From NCBI RefSeq assembly GCF_964204645.1, contig NC_134029.1:14750950-14814949 (forward strand): a stretch of DNA of 64,000 nucleotides, given 5' to 3'. The first letter of the stretch is position 1; every line of letters begins with the position of its first letter. Source of the stretch: Tubulanus polymorphus. Taxonomy: Eukaryota; Animalia; Nemertea. Shown here piece by piece: positions 13,801 through 28,800 of this stretch. A model generated the notes under the pieces. It did no database searches. It saw only the letters and a list, made by a program, of their open reading frames with translations, and was not told the origin of the DNA. Both the position numbers and the translations under genes were made by a program.

Positions 13801-16800
13801 AAACCTAATATTCAACCACTGTGTAAACGTCAAATGTGATTCAGCTTTGTAACCGAACTTACGCGGACGTACAATCAACAAATATGAATTTATTCGACCA
13901 GGCATTTATTTTGGCATTCAAACATCATGATACCATATTATCACCACAATTAAAAATTGATCTGTCCTATTAAGAACTCATCTTAAGCTCCTGCTGAGTC
14001 GATAGATTGAGTAAATTTACAGATAAGAACGTATTATGATTTGGAATAGATTCAAAGAGTTAATCTCTTTATTGAAATATTTGAATAAATACATATATTG
14101 TAGTGTAGATTCAATCAATAAATTATGAATTGATTTGGTTTGAGTTTCGGGCCAATGTTGATTTCGGCTTTAATGGATTACAAATTCTATACTGAAAAAC
14201 AATTTATACCTGCAACATGTGTGTAAATATCAAACCTATTCCACTAGTTGTGTTTGTTTCCTAATTAACGGGAGATTCACTCTTGACTTAGTTTTTAGAA
14301 AATAATGTTCATTTAGAAATTCATTACCTTTTTCTATAATAATATTTGTTCCGGCCTAATTTACATTACTGTATGAACCAATGTAAATATAAATTACAAT
14401 CAGATCCAAATTGGCTAAAAAGTACATAGGACTAAATGAAATGAACTGTTAGTCACTTTGCTTGAGTTGAAAGAATCAGATCTTCTATGGTGCAACATCT
14501 GTCAAAGAGAGATATCTTGGTGTTCACTGTCCTTGATCATTTAACTTTATTTTTTTATTATTATATTATTATTATGGTATTTTAAGTGCCAGAATCCACT
14601 TAAGTGATCAATGACACTATATTACTGAATAAATCTAATGTGGTGAAAACAAATGTGTTTTGAGGCTTCTCATGAAGACAGAGATACTCGAAGCCGCTCT
14701 TACATGGCGAGGTTGTTCCACAAACGTGGAGCAGCGACTGAGAAGACTCTGTCTCCAAGAGAAGCTAATCTTGAACGGGGTTTAGTAAGCAAAAGATCAT
14801 TTACTGAACGTAACATTCTAGTCGGGAGTAAGGTGTTAAAAGGTCTTGCAGATATTTTGGAGCCAGTCCATAGAAACATTTGTAAGCCAACAATAGGATC
14901 TTGGAGTTAATACGCTCTTTGACTGGGAGCAAGTGCAGCTGTTTGAGAATAGGAGAAATGTGTTCGTATTTTGAAGTGCCAGTTACTAGTCTGGCTAAAG
15001 AGTTCTGAACTTTTTGTAATTTAGCAATAATGAAATTTTAATGGAACTCAATTTTTTAATGGAACTCAATTTTGTGCTTTCTTATGATGTCACCCAGAGG
15101 ACCGACATATATACTAAACAGGAGGGGGCCCAAGACTGACCCCTGTGGCACGCCTGTTAAGAGAGGACATGGGCATATATAATAACATAGAGTCCTTTCT
15201 GATCAGTAGCGTCCTGTATCTGTGTATTGTAAAAGTCCTTCTTTGCCTCTTCAATTTTCCTAACAACTCTAACGTGTTCGGCCTTGTAAATTTGGCGATG
15301 AATTTCATGTCTCGTAGACCGCCATACTTTTTCAGCCTTCCTCCTTGACGCATTTCATGAACAGCAGCACAGTACAAGGGGACTTTTGTCCTTTAAGTAA
15401 CTAGTTTGTCTCTAACCGGTGCGTGGGATTCTAGTATTGCACTCAAACCAGAGTTATACGGGTCGACAGAATGCTGTGAAGGATCAGCGAACTTTAAATG
15501 AACATCATTCGCGAAATCCTGATGGTCGACGGCCTTTAATTTCCGTGTGCTAATTCGAACTCTGTTTTGACGCTGGACAGCCTGTACGCGAACTCTGAAT
15601 TCAAATGGATAATGATCACAAAAAAGGTCAGGATATCCAGAAGTGTCACTAATAAGTTCCATGTCAGAGCATCTTGTAATCAAGTGATCGAGGATATGTC
15701 CTTTCCGATGAGTAGGAAAAGTGATGTGCTGATAAAGACTGTGTCTATCGAGAATATCAAGATAGCGCTGAGTCTCCCTGTTATTGGTATTGTCAAAATG
15801 ATAGTTAAAGTCACCCATGAGTAATAGAGGACATGCAAACTGAAGATGAGCATCGATGAATTTATCAAAACTATCAGGACTTCGAATGCTTTTATGTCTA
15901 GACCTGGTATGCTCGTCTGAATTAAACAGATGCCCTCTGTAGACAACTGCGAAACCAGGTGAGCCACAGGATTTCACATCAGGAAGTGGCTTTTGAATTA
16001 AAGAGATGTGCTAGGAAACGTCCCAGTTAATGACGTATCACCAACCTGCTTGAATATAAACACTGATTCAGCAGTAGTCAAAACATTAGGGATGTTGTGG
16101 GATGCACAGTCTGATGTTTTTCAGTTCAAGGTCACCTGCATACCAAAACAAACCAATTTCACTGAGAGAAAAGTACTCGGCAAACTGGCATCAATCTTTG
16201 ATCCGAAAGGATTCCTCGCATCATATACGATCCGTGCAAAAATGATGCTACAAGATTGCTGGTTAAAGGGTGCAACGTGGGACAGTAGTCTACAGGATGA
16301 AGAACAGAAAAAATGGCATTGATGGTTCGATGAATTAGAAGAGTTAAAAGAATTAAGAGCACATTAAAATCCAAAGATGCTGACAGAAAAGGAAATTTGA
16401 ATTAAGCATGCATACTACATCTGATGCGTCCCTTGTGGCCTACGCAGCTGCTGTTTACACGAGATATAAATATGAAAATGGTCACATACACGTTGGCATT
16501 GTGGCTGCAAAAGCTAAATTAGCCCCATTGAGCAGTCTTTCAATCCCCAGACTCGAACTCATTGGTGCAATGACAGCACTAAGACTGACAACTACGATAT
16601 GCCAGACACTAGAGATTGAATTGAATACAGTAACATTTTGGTATGACTGTTCTTTTTTGAATGTTCTGAATTGGACACAAAACCAAAGTGGAAATTTCAA
16701 ACCATTTGTTGCCCATAGAATTTAGAATTGGAGAAATCCATGAGAAAACAAATCCTAGGCAATGGAGACCATCAATCCAAGCAATATAGCAACAAGAGGA

Positions 16801-19800
16801 CTAAGTGTCGAAGACCTGACAGTCGGTGACAAATGGTGGCATGGACCACCATTCTTGAAGTCGACAGAAGATTGGCCAGAAAGAAAGCCAAACGTTGAAA
16901 TGAAAGAGGATCCAGGGAGAAAGGGATCAGTGATCTCACTACGTCAAAACTATTGAGGAACCAATCATAGACGTAGACAGATATTCCAGATGGTGAGTCG
17001 TTGATGACAAGCATAGATTGCCCATTCTGGGCATACATGTCGTCAATGTAATGGCCTGTTACTTCATTTCATAGAGAACTGCAAAGTGAAGAAACAGAGA
17101 AATAAGGACAAAGTATTGTGAAAACAGGAATTGGATAGAGCTGAGATTTTGATCATCAAACAAACCCAGCAGAGAGCATTTGCCGAAGAACTAGAAAGCA
17201 TTAGAAACATTAAGTTTGTTAAGCATACTAGCAGACTAATGTGTATTATGCCTTTCATTGATGAAAATGATGGTTTGATGAAAACTGATACTCGTCTCGC
17301 AAATGCGACTCATATTACTGCTGATGTCAAATATCCAGTTATCTTACCAAAAAACTTCCATGTCTCAAAGTTGATAACCAAGTACTGCCAGGATCAACAT
17401 CACAACATGGGCGTATGATACACACACAGCATGATCAGAGAAAGATACTGTATTCTAAGATCACGTGAACTAGTAAATACAGTTAAAATCAACTGCAATG
17501 AATGCAATAGACAGTGATATCGAATTTTGTCAATGAAACAAGTCATGGCACCTCTCCCAAAAATCCAAGTCTTACCAGCCACAACTCCATTTACCAACAC
17601 AGGATTAGACTTCGCTAGACCATTTCTGACCAACCAAGGTAGAGGAAAGACAAAACTAAAAGATATCTGTGCCTCTTCACATGCCTGCTAACCAGAGCAG
17701 TGCATTTGGAGATGGCATGAGACCTAAGCACAGACGACTTTCTGAATGCATTGATAAGGATGACTCTGAGGATAGGCAATGGGACCAATTTCGTAGGAGG
17801 ATATAGAGAATTATAACCATTGATCGACAATTTGGACACAGAAAAGATATGAACATGGTGCTGGAACCGACCTGCTGCCCCAGACTTTGGGGGAGTATTT
17901 GAAACCATGATTCAGGCGGCTAAAAAAGCCATATACTGCATTCTCGGGAATGCAGAAGTGATCAACGACGAACTAGAAACTGCTATAGTAGGAACAGAAG
18001 GACTGATCAATGCGAGACCACTGACGATACCAAGTAATGACGCAAACGACGCCCCCGTCTTAACACCGAATCATTTCTTACACGGACAGACAGACCTATG
18101 AAGTATAGACAGGAGATATGTACAAGACTTATTAAAACTGATGTTGGACAGATTGCTACATGAAATCGTTCATAATCAGGGTGCCCGATCAAAATGGCAC
18201 TCCGAAAAATCCAAAAAGCTGAAGTAAGGAGATGTAGTGTTGATTATAGAAAGTGGTACTCCACGTGGAGAATGGAATTTCGGAATGGTGGTTGAAACGT
18301 TTCCTGGAAGTGATGGTCGGGTGCGAGTTGAAGATGTGCGCGTCAGTAACAAGATAGTTTGTCACTCGATAAATAAACTTTTCTATATGGATTATGATTA
18401 ACTAGAACTGTTAGGCGTATTAAGTAGAACTTTGTCGTATATTAAATATCAGAACACTAATGGATTATAATATGCGCGTGTGTTGAACTTGTGTTATTGC
18501 GACTTTAATGGATTAAACTTTTGAACTTAGAACATTTCAAGGATGAAGCGAATTGCATTATTTTTTCTTAGCCAAAATGGATCATTATATACATAACATT
18601 TTATTCGTGGATATAGCTTCCTGGAAACTGAATTGGAAATCACGAAGTTATCTATATAATCGTGCCATGAACTATATTCGTGGACTATATACTCGTTATG
18701 AATAACTGCAAACATTTATCTATTAGAAGCTGACATTTCCGGGATTATCAGACGGCCCAGTTTATCCGTAAATACTGATGGCAGCGCGATATGTTTATAC
18801 TGAGGAAATGTGGAAAATTAAATGTTTATTTTGAGAATATATTGAATAAGTTATGTAGTAATAGTCATCATAATAGAATTAGATTTAGGAAATTATTATC
18901 AGAATAGTAATCAAGAAATTGTATTTACACCCTGCGCACAAAACTTAAATTTCAATTCAAATTTTATGGATCTACGGACAGATCATTTTCCACACCTTAG
19001 TCCATAACAGAGACATTCTCGAATATCTTCTTTTCGCTTCACTGACTGCTAGTCTCCATTTCCGTGTCATTTTGCCAAAAGTTTTACCACAAAACTTGTC
19101 AAAAGTTCATAAAACTTTTAATTCTAGCACAGAATCTACTGGAGCTCCACCTGGTAGATGTTTACTTCCTCCAGAAAACATTCAAATGCAATAGGGTTCG
19201 AGTCCCGACTTAATTATGTAACGTAAAGTGACCCCCTTCTGGGAATGAGGTGCATTTATTCTGTATATGTTTTATTGGCTTCCTGGATGGGGGTGCATAC
19301 TGAAACGGTTAAAATGGACACCGTTTTAATCTCAGTGATGCCTCCAGGTGATTGATCAAAACATGGCTAATGTTTATCTTTAGGTAGTTAGATTTAGAAA
19401 CTTACATTAAGAAGGCTGATTCCTTAATTCCTGGAGAGGTGAGAATATTTCAACAATTTTGTTGGGAAACCCTGCTTATTCATAACAAATGCAGATATTT
19501 TATACGATAATATCCTGGACTGAAACGGTTAAAGTGGACACCGTTTTAATCTCAGTGACTCCTCCAGGTGATTGACCAAAACATGGCTAATGTTTATTTT
19601 TACGTAGTTAGATTTAGAAACTTACATTAAGAAGGCTGATTCCTTAATTCCTGGAGAGGTGAGAATATTTCAACAATTTTGTTGGGAAACCCTGCTTATT
19701 CATAACAAATGCAGATATTCTATACGATAATAGCACATTGGGCAGCGATTGTGGGCAGTAATGGAAGAAAATGAATTTTAGTATCTGGGGACATTAGAAA

Positions 19801-22800
19801 TCCTCTGTCCATGAATTTCCATACATCAGAATTCAAACTTGTATCTCTTTGTTTTTTGAATTTTTTAGACTCAATGGATGACTGTGGCTTACGTTATATG
19901 CTTGCTATGCATCATTATATTTATCTGATGAGTACCTTACCCCATTCCCAGAGGATTCAACTTCAGAGATATGGAATGAGTTCAGCAAACATTGTTTGGG
20001 CATTCCATTCTGAGGCCCAAGAGGTAAATACTAAGATATTATATTACCCTTGTAATTCCTATGATAAAACAAATCAACTTGTTATTTATTCCAAGCTAGC
20101 TACGGGTCATTTTGACCGATAGTATACAAGCTTGGTACAAATGTAGGGCATTACTTGCGGCAGAACCCTATGTAAAATTGGATTGATGCGATTCAAATTA
20201 AAGGATGCAATTGTTGACCAATTTTTTTCAATCTTGGTACAAAAACAGGACATCACAAAACCCTATTTAAATTTGGGTCGATTCAATTCAATTTATGCAG
20301 GGATCATTATCTTCCAATTTTTATCGGAATCCGATATTCAGGTTCTGAGATCTGTATAAATCCATTGAGATATTTGGGGGAGGGGGGTAGGTTGTGGGTC
20401 AATCTTGTCATGGACATCGACAATTCAATAAGACCGTAAAAGCGTCTTGGAGTATCGTTTTGTCGATCTCCGATATATTGCACAATAGCCTACTGCGGCT
20501 ATAAATAGTACAACATAACGTTCTAAAATAATGTGATCCACGGAAAATCAATACACAGTGTATATCTGAGTTCTACTGACTGCTGAGAACGACGTGGATT
20601 TATGGGACTCGAAACCAACAGAAAAACACCTGTCATAGATGGCGCAACTAACTGGCAGCTCTGTAAACAGTGGTAAACAATGAAAATGGCTGTCTGTTTA
20701 GAGTGATTTTATCGTTGATTTTGTGTAGTTCTACGGCCCAGAGTGCGTCCAGAGCACTAAAAAATTTACAATTGCTAGAAAAAAATTTTCCGGGGGACGT
20801 CCCCCATCCCAGCTTCGCACCTCCGTGCTTGCTTCTGGTGGTTGATGATACTACAGTCTACCTCGGTTGTAATGTAGAAGTCGGTGCCAGATAATTTGTA
20901 TGTTATAGCCGAAATACTGTATATGTATATACCCTAGAAACTTTGTTGTATCCAAATTGCTCCCCGTCTGTGCTACTTACTAAAAACTTGGTTGTACTGT
21001 TTAAATTATACTGACTCTGAACGGAGAGTGTATTTTGACAAATATAACCCGAAAATTGCATCATTCGCCATGATTTATGAAAAGCCGACAAGCTGGCCGT
21101 AGTGCGCATTGGGGCTCTTGTTTATATCTAGAATCGGAAAAATTCTGCGGTGGACCCCTAATCAAACTAATGATAAAAAAGTAGCCTTATGATAATGTTA
21201 TAATATTAATCAAAACTGAGAACTTTCGCTTTATTCTTTTAACCCTTTCAATACCACATAGTGTCTCCACTGCTGTACCGGAGGGAATTTAGGGGTTTAT
21301 AGGGTTATATTTGAAACTTCATAGGATAGTTACCAAGGTATCTGACACAGAAAATGTATATAGCATGTTGTTGATAACTTTTGGGCCAACAATTTAGACA
21401 TAAATAATTTGGATATAAGTGAACTTGAGGTCAAGGTCACATACTCCAAGATGGCCGCCATGAAAAAAATTCACAAAAAAGTTTCAGATAAACTGCTCTG
21501 TCTCCCAGAAAAATGCACTGATCTATTCAATTCAAACTGAAATTGTATGCTATATATCCTTACTTTATGTAGTAAAAATTTCAAAGCAATAGAACAACTA
21601 AAAAAATTTATTTTTCCACTCATTTACCAACTTCTCCACCAATATGTCGGAAGAATTGTCACTGATTTCATTTTCATCATCAAAATCATCGCTGGCACTA
21701 TAAACCTACTTTCTGACTAAGTCACATCATCTGAATTGCTGCTGTCATATTCGTTGTCACTCTCAATTTGTTCACTACCAAATTCCAAGTCACCAGCATC
21801 ACTGCCAGCATCATATACGAGCTGCTGAACTGTTTCATTCAGCCAAATTGTTTTTTTCATGGCTGTTGTTATCTTTGATTTTATGCAGATGGCAGCACCG
21901 GCTGATACTGATAGATATGCCCTTCTAAAAGAAGGGTTAAGTGATACCGTATCACATACGGTACGGGTATGCTAGCTTGTCAATTTTTACCGTATGCCAT
22001 ATGGTAGTGGGATTGAAAGGGTTAATATTTTACAGAGAAATGACAAGAACAACCTCAAAGACGCCATTTAAATTTCTGCCCTGAATACTATGAATTATCC
22101 AGCTATAGCAGAAGCATTAAAAAATGGTCTGATTTTGTCCAAATTGAAAACTTAATTTTGAGTGATCTCGCGTTGATTTTCAGGCTTGGGGCATTTGAGG
22201 CTCTGCCTCATACTAGTTAACTTCTGGGTTCTAAATTGGGTGGTTAAATGTAACTTGGTGAAATTTGGTGGATGGCTCATCCTAGATGGTACTTTTCATT
22301 CTTTGGCTATAACTCTGAAATGGATTGACTAATTGAAATTTTTATACCTTGGATTTTTCTAAGGACTGAGGGTAACTAATAAGACTGGGTTTTGGAGGAC
22401 AAGGTCATAGAAAGCTATTTTGTATTTTCCATTTCCACCTCCATAGATGTGTCAATAGACACTTAGGGTGTATATTACACTCAGGCATTTCAACTGATGC
22501 CGTAGCATCAGTCATCTTCAGCAACATTCTAGTTTCATTTTATTTACTTTGTTAATTTGAGATAGTCACGTGTATGGAAACAATCATTGCTCTTGTCCAT
22601 TATGAATGACTTGCTTTCTTCTTTCTAGGAACTGTTGTCAATTGTGCCTGGTTTTTCGAAAGGTGAACCAGTTTGGAATGAGTTGAAACAGTTTGGTATT
22701 GGATGGTGGGTCACAAACATAAATGTGCTACGAAGATGTATTGAAAAGGTATGACTGATGTGAAATTTTCTATCCTACATAACAAATAAACTGGTTCCAT

Positions 22801-25800
22801 CGATCATAACATTTGAAACCTTATAGGACCAAGCCACTCTAATCCCTCATCTCGTGTTCTTGTTTTGTCCAATTCCCAGTGTATGATATTAATCCATTCA
22901 AGCTGGCCAAACTGCAAGAAATATGTTTCCAACTGAAACATTTTCTAATTGTAGTGAAGATATCTTTTCAGTCTTTGAAAGTGGTCCTGCCCTACAATTC
23001 CACCCTGGATGACTGCATAATTCATATAAACTCCAATGCTATACTGCCATATATACTGCTATATATGCTACCCTGCCTGATTTTTAGGCCAGCCATAGGC
23101 TGAGCCTATTACTATACAAATGGAGCAAATTTTAATGACATGGTTTCCAGAGTAAAGGCTCTTTGACTGTGCAACTGAGCATATATTCATACAAATCATT
23201 CATTTAAGCATTATCCATTCTCCAACCCCCATGAAGCTGAATTTTGAAACTGGGCCTCGTTGAAATTTATATGAGCTTTTTCTGATTCTGAAAATCTGAT
23301 TGCAAAAATATCTGTTTTTAAAAAGCCAATCAGAAAGCAGACTCCTCTATGATTGGATCAGCAGGTGTTCACATGAACCTGCGGTATCGTCTACCGTTTT
23401 ACTTCCGGGTTTCATTTTAAAATCTAAAATTGTATTTCAATATCGATTTCTGTGAAATCTTTAGTTGATTTGGTTTTGGGAGGAATATTTTTATTTGCAC
23501 CACAGAAAATATCATTGACAATTGTGCAAAGTCCGGGAAAAATAGCTTTTTCTCAAATCGGATGGATGACCTTGATATGCTAATTAGCCATGAGCTAACT
23601 GTTTTTATTAATTTTATTCTGCAAAAAAATATCAAATCCAATTAAATTTTACTTTATTGAACAAGGTAAAACAGCGAATCCAATTAAATTTTGTTTTATG
23701 GAGCAAATTTCAGAAAATTCAATTTATTCCGCATTCAAATCAATAAGACCATGGGAAAAGTTTTATCTGAGGTATTTTACATGCCAGCTCCAGTCGCTGT
23801 CTGTGCTACTTATGAAAACACGATTGAATTGTGTAAATTATTAGCCTGGGATTGACTACTATGAGCTGGAAGTGTATTTGGACAAATTTAACCCACAGAA
23901 TGCATCATTCGCCATTTTGTGAAGAGCTGACAGGCTGGCGATAGTGCCCCTTGGGGCTCTTGTTGTTACAAAGATTATACACATATCTTTGAAAACGACA
24001 AAATTATACCGACATCCCAATATATCAACAATGACAATTGTACCGGAAACAATTGGGGCAAAAAATCTTGTTGCAACTCTGGTGTGAGAACTTTAAATGG
24101 CAGGTTATTGGGCAATAGTTGGTGACCGATTCATTTCAAACTTTGTACACAAGTAGGATATCACTTGGGCCAGAACCCTATTTAAAATTGGGTTGATTTG
24201 ATTCATATTCTGGCCACCAGGGGGCCGACATGAAAAACAACGTTAATAACCATTAAAGCTGCAATTGTTGACTGTTTTCAAACTTGGTACACAAGTAAGG
24301 TATCACTTGGCCCCGAATCCTATTTAAAATTGGATCAATTCGATTTGAGTAATGGCCACCAGGGGGCCTACATGAAAAATTAAGTTAATAGTTGACCGAT
24401 TAATTTAAAACTTGGTACACAAGTAGGGTATCACTTGGGCCAGAACCCTATTTAAAATTTGGTCGATTCGATTCAAATTATTACTAGAGGCTGCAATCGT
24501 TGACCGATTCAAATTAAGGCAATCAGGGGAAAACAGCCTAGAGGCTGTTACTGTTGATAAATTATTTACACTTTGTACATATATTCTCTAATATCATTCT
24601 TATAGAAATAATTGTGGCCATCCAGAAAAGGTGAAATAAACGTTTCCTAGTTCATTAGCCCACTTGGGACTTTAGTCCCAGCGGGCTATTGCGTTCACTG
24701 TTCGTCCGTCCGTCTGTAGACGGAATCCAGTTATTTTGTTAAGTTTTGAAGACGCTTCAATTTAATATCTTGATATTTGGGTTACACATGAACCTACACT
24801 AGACACACCTTCAGCCCAAAAACTGGCCCTGTCAGAATCAAGATGACCAACTGGCAGCCATTGTTGTCTGCCAGAATCGGCACTTTTTACACGTTTTTGA
24901 ACTTTTTGAGAGAGATTTTGATGCCTTGATCAATTACCTTAATCTTTTTTGTATATTTGAAACCCCATATACGTTTACATGTTTTATACCTGAGACAGGT
25001 ATTTTTGATCAGCCAATTATGACGCAATTGGCGGCCATCTTGGTGTCATTTGTACTCTTTCGTAGGTGGGAAAAAGTTTTTCGACATTATATTGATACCT
25101 AAGCATATTTTGTTACAACAATGAATTAGAAAGTTGTAGCTTATAACATGTTCTATGTTTGTGGTGAGTTTCAAGTTCATTGGTTTTTGTATATGGCCAC
25201 CAGGGGGCGTTGAATAATAAATATCTTAGTATTTCTATATTATATTTGTACCAATACATATTTTGTTACCACAATCAATTGCAGAGTTGTAGCTCATGAC
25301 ATTGTCTATGATTGTGGTGAGTTTTAAGGAAATAAGTTTTCTATATAGTCACCAGGGTTGAATAGTAGAATAACCTAGTATTTCCTTATTATATTGGTAC
25401 CTAGGCATATTTTGTTACCATGATCAATTGCAAAGTTGTAGTTCATGACATGTTCTATGATTGTAATTGTTCTATGATGACAAGGTTATTGGGTTTTGAA
25501 TATGGTCACCAGGGGGCGTTTAATAGTAGAATAACTTAGAATTTCATATTAAATTGGTAACGAGGCATATTTTGTTATCACAATCAATTACAAAATCGTA
25601 GCTGCTTTACATGCTCTATGATTGTGGTTAGTTTCAAGGTCATTGGTTTTTGGTTTACCTTTGTCAGTAGTATGAGCTTGGCATTGAGCCAATTCATGTA
25701 AAATCATGGTACGTTTTTTTATGTGAGCATTTTTTTCATTGGTTCTCGGGTTAAATGACGTATAATTGATGCGATTGAAGACATGATGAACCTCCATCCA

Positions 25801-28800
25801 TGACATGGTCAACTTTGTTAAGATTCGACAAAAACTGTCTTTGGCGGGAATAGTCTTAGCTCTCGCATATAAAATTGCAATGACCTCGATTAGGGGGGCG
25901 TCGTCTCTACGAGCGAATGTGATTGGCTATTTTTTGGATATACGGGGAATTCCTGCGCTACTAAAATAATTATAGGAAAGCCATTAATGGCGAACGTTTC
26001 ATTGGACTAGGTGCGTATATGTGCGAATCTTAAATGCTCATTGCTGGTGAGGATATAATTATTTCACATATCGCCATAGGTATTGTTTCGTTTTAATACC
26101 CGGTGATTGTATTGATAGAGATCGAAGTGAAGCGAATATTCACTACACAAGGCCTCCACGTGTGCGCGGGAGCGCTAACATTAGACTGTAGCACACACTA
26201 ACACATGCTCATACAGACTACCATGTCGTGTGACGCTGCTTGGCGCGTGCACGTTTGGTATGATAACAGGCTGAATAATCATCGTAGCATCGTAGCGCTG
26301 TGTTTTCTGTTTGATAGAATTGGTGATAAATTGTAATTTGTTGTGACCTGAAAATACTAAGCAGCAAACTATCTCATACTATGCCCCGGTGTTTTAGCTT
26401 CCGCGGCCATACATTGGAAGAGGTTTCGTTTCCAAGACTCAATAATTAGCCACCCTCTGATATGTGACATCATATGAATTTTATTTGAATATTTTTTCAT
26501 GTTGTGAAAAATATTTTTTTGAAAATATATAATAGTTTCCAATGCCGCGCCTACCTGAACCCTTCGAAATTTTGGACGTAGACCATAAACAAATATTTAT
26601 CTTTGGTTTTATTTGACTACAAAATAATTCTTGAAGAAAGATAAGTAATAGGGGTAATGGGCTTTCAAATCAAAGGTCGAACGGTCGAGCTCATAAAAAA
26701 TTTAAAATATGAAAATAATAACAATTTCTACTTGAATTAGTCGCGAAACTCATAAAAAATGAAAAATAATTCTCACACACTCAAATTTATTTTTCATTTT
26801 TGCTCGCTAGAAAAAAGTGCGAGTAAAGTGTGAGTGAAATAAATTCGAGTGTGTGAGAATTATTTTTCATTTTTTATGAGTTTCACTCCTAATTCACTCC
26901 TTATTCAAGTAGAAATTGTTATTATTTTCATATTTTTCATTTTTTATGAGCTCGACCATTCAACCTTTAACCTGAAAGCCCATTACCCCTATTACTCTTA
27001 AAATATTCATATACATGAATAAAATATATATGAATAACATATAAATTGATAGATTATTCAATATAAAAGTGTGAGTGAAATAATTCATATTTAAAACAGT
27101 GAATATTTATATTTGAATGAGTTTTAATAAAAGTTTTGTTATTAAAATGAAGACAGAAGAAGAACCCAACTTTAAAATCGAAATAAAAGAAACCAATAAA
27201 TCATTTTCATTATTTAACATTAAAAATTATATTTCAGCAACAAATTTAGTGTCCGCAAGGTATTATAAAATTGATGACATTGCTATGATTAATCAAATAT
27301 CATCAAATGAAACATATTTAATTACTGAACTAATTGATACTTTTGATAATGGAATAAAAAATCCTAAAATATTCAATACAGTTTTAAATTTTAAAGGAAC
27401 TTTAGATGAAAACATAATTAATATTCTTAAAACTCCTTTCAATGAAAGAAATGATGATATAATACTTACAAAAGATTACAATGATTTGATTAACTTAAGA
27501 ATTGAAAAAAGACAATTATATTATTTCAATTTTGATAATAAACAAATTATCTATAATGAAAATTCATCAAATATTGGAATTCAATGTGAATTAGATAATG
27601 AAAAATCATATAAAGATATTGCAGTTCAATGTAATTTAGATGATGAATTTAGAAAATTCAATCCTAATGAAAAAGTGCATTGTTATTGCGGAGGTAAATA
27701 CTTAAAATCACATAAATCAAAGCATTATGAAACAAACATAAAAACTGGCGTAAAGAGTAACAATTCTACGTTATAATTATTGAATTGAGTTAAATGATTT
27801 AAATATCTAATAGACTGTTGAAATGATAAATTGTTTGACAGTTGAAATGATAAATTGTTTGACAGTTGAAATGATAAATTGTTTGACAGTTGAAATGATA
27901 AATTGTTTGACAGTTGAAATGATAAATTGTTTGACAGCTGAAATGATAAATTGTTCCACAGTTGAAATGTTAAATTGTTCGACGGTTGAAATGATAAATT
28001 TTTTGACGGTTGAAATGATAAATTGTTTGACGGTTGAAATGGTAAATTGTTTGACGGTTGAAATGTTAAATTGTTTGACAGTTGAAATGTTAAATTGTTT
28101 GACAGTTGAAATGTTAAATTGTTTGACGGTTGAAATGATAAATTGTTTGACGGTTGAAATGATAAATTGTTTGACGGTTGAAATGATAAATTGTTTGACA
28201 GTTGAAATGATAAATTGTTTGGCAGTTGAAATGATAAATTGTTTGACAGTTGAAATGATAAATTGTTTGACAGTTGAAATGTTAAATTGTTTGGCTGTAA
28301 ATATAATTGTTATTTGATTTAATCATTTAAAAGTTTAATATTTTTAAAATGATTATGAAATATTTAATTAAAAACTAGCAAATAATTTATAAACTGTTTA
28401 ATTTTTCTCTTAAATAAATGGATGGTTTCATCCCAACTGGGAAAAGTGATTTGAAACATTATTTAGTAGCAGGCGGATTAATATTGGCTGCGCTTATCTT
28501 TTATTATGAAAATATCAGTAAGGATTTGATAAATGAAAATATAAAATTGAGCAAGAAATTAAAGAAGTTAAATGGAAACAATCACAGAAATAAAAAGAAT
28601 AAAAAAGTTAATGATTTAAATGATTTGGAGGATTAAAACAACATCTTTTAATTTAATTTATTCAATATATTTTGTCTATAAAAATGAGTGAAAATAAGGT
28701 ATTAGAAATATTACATCTAATATATAAAAATCAACAGAATATTAAATCAATTATTATGATTTCAGGTTTATTTTCATTCTCAGTTTATACTATAAAACAG

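Noticed and set aside
15114-15377. 87-aa ORF as an independent gene
   Set aside because: It is an out-of-frame reading of the L2 ORF2 remnant ([10 protein letters not shown] and [10 protein letters not shown] appear in other frames).
18409-18534. Possible short 3' LTR of the BEL element (TGT...ACA)
   Set aside because: No matching 5' copy or clear polypurine tract was found.
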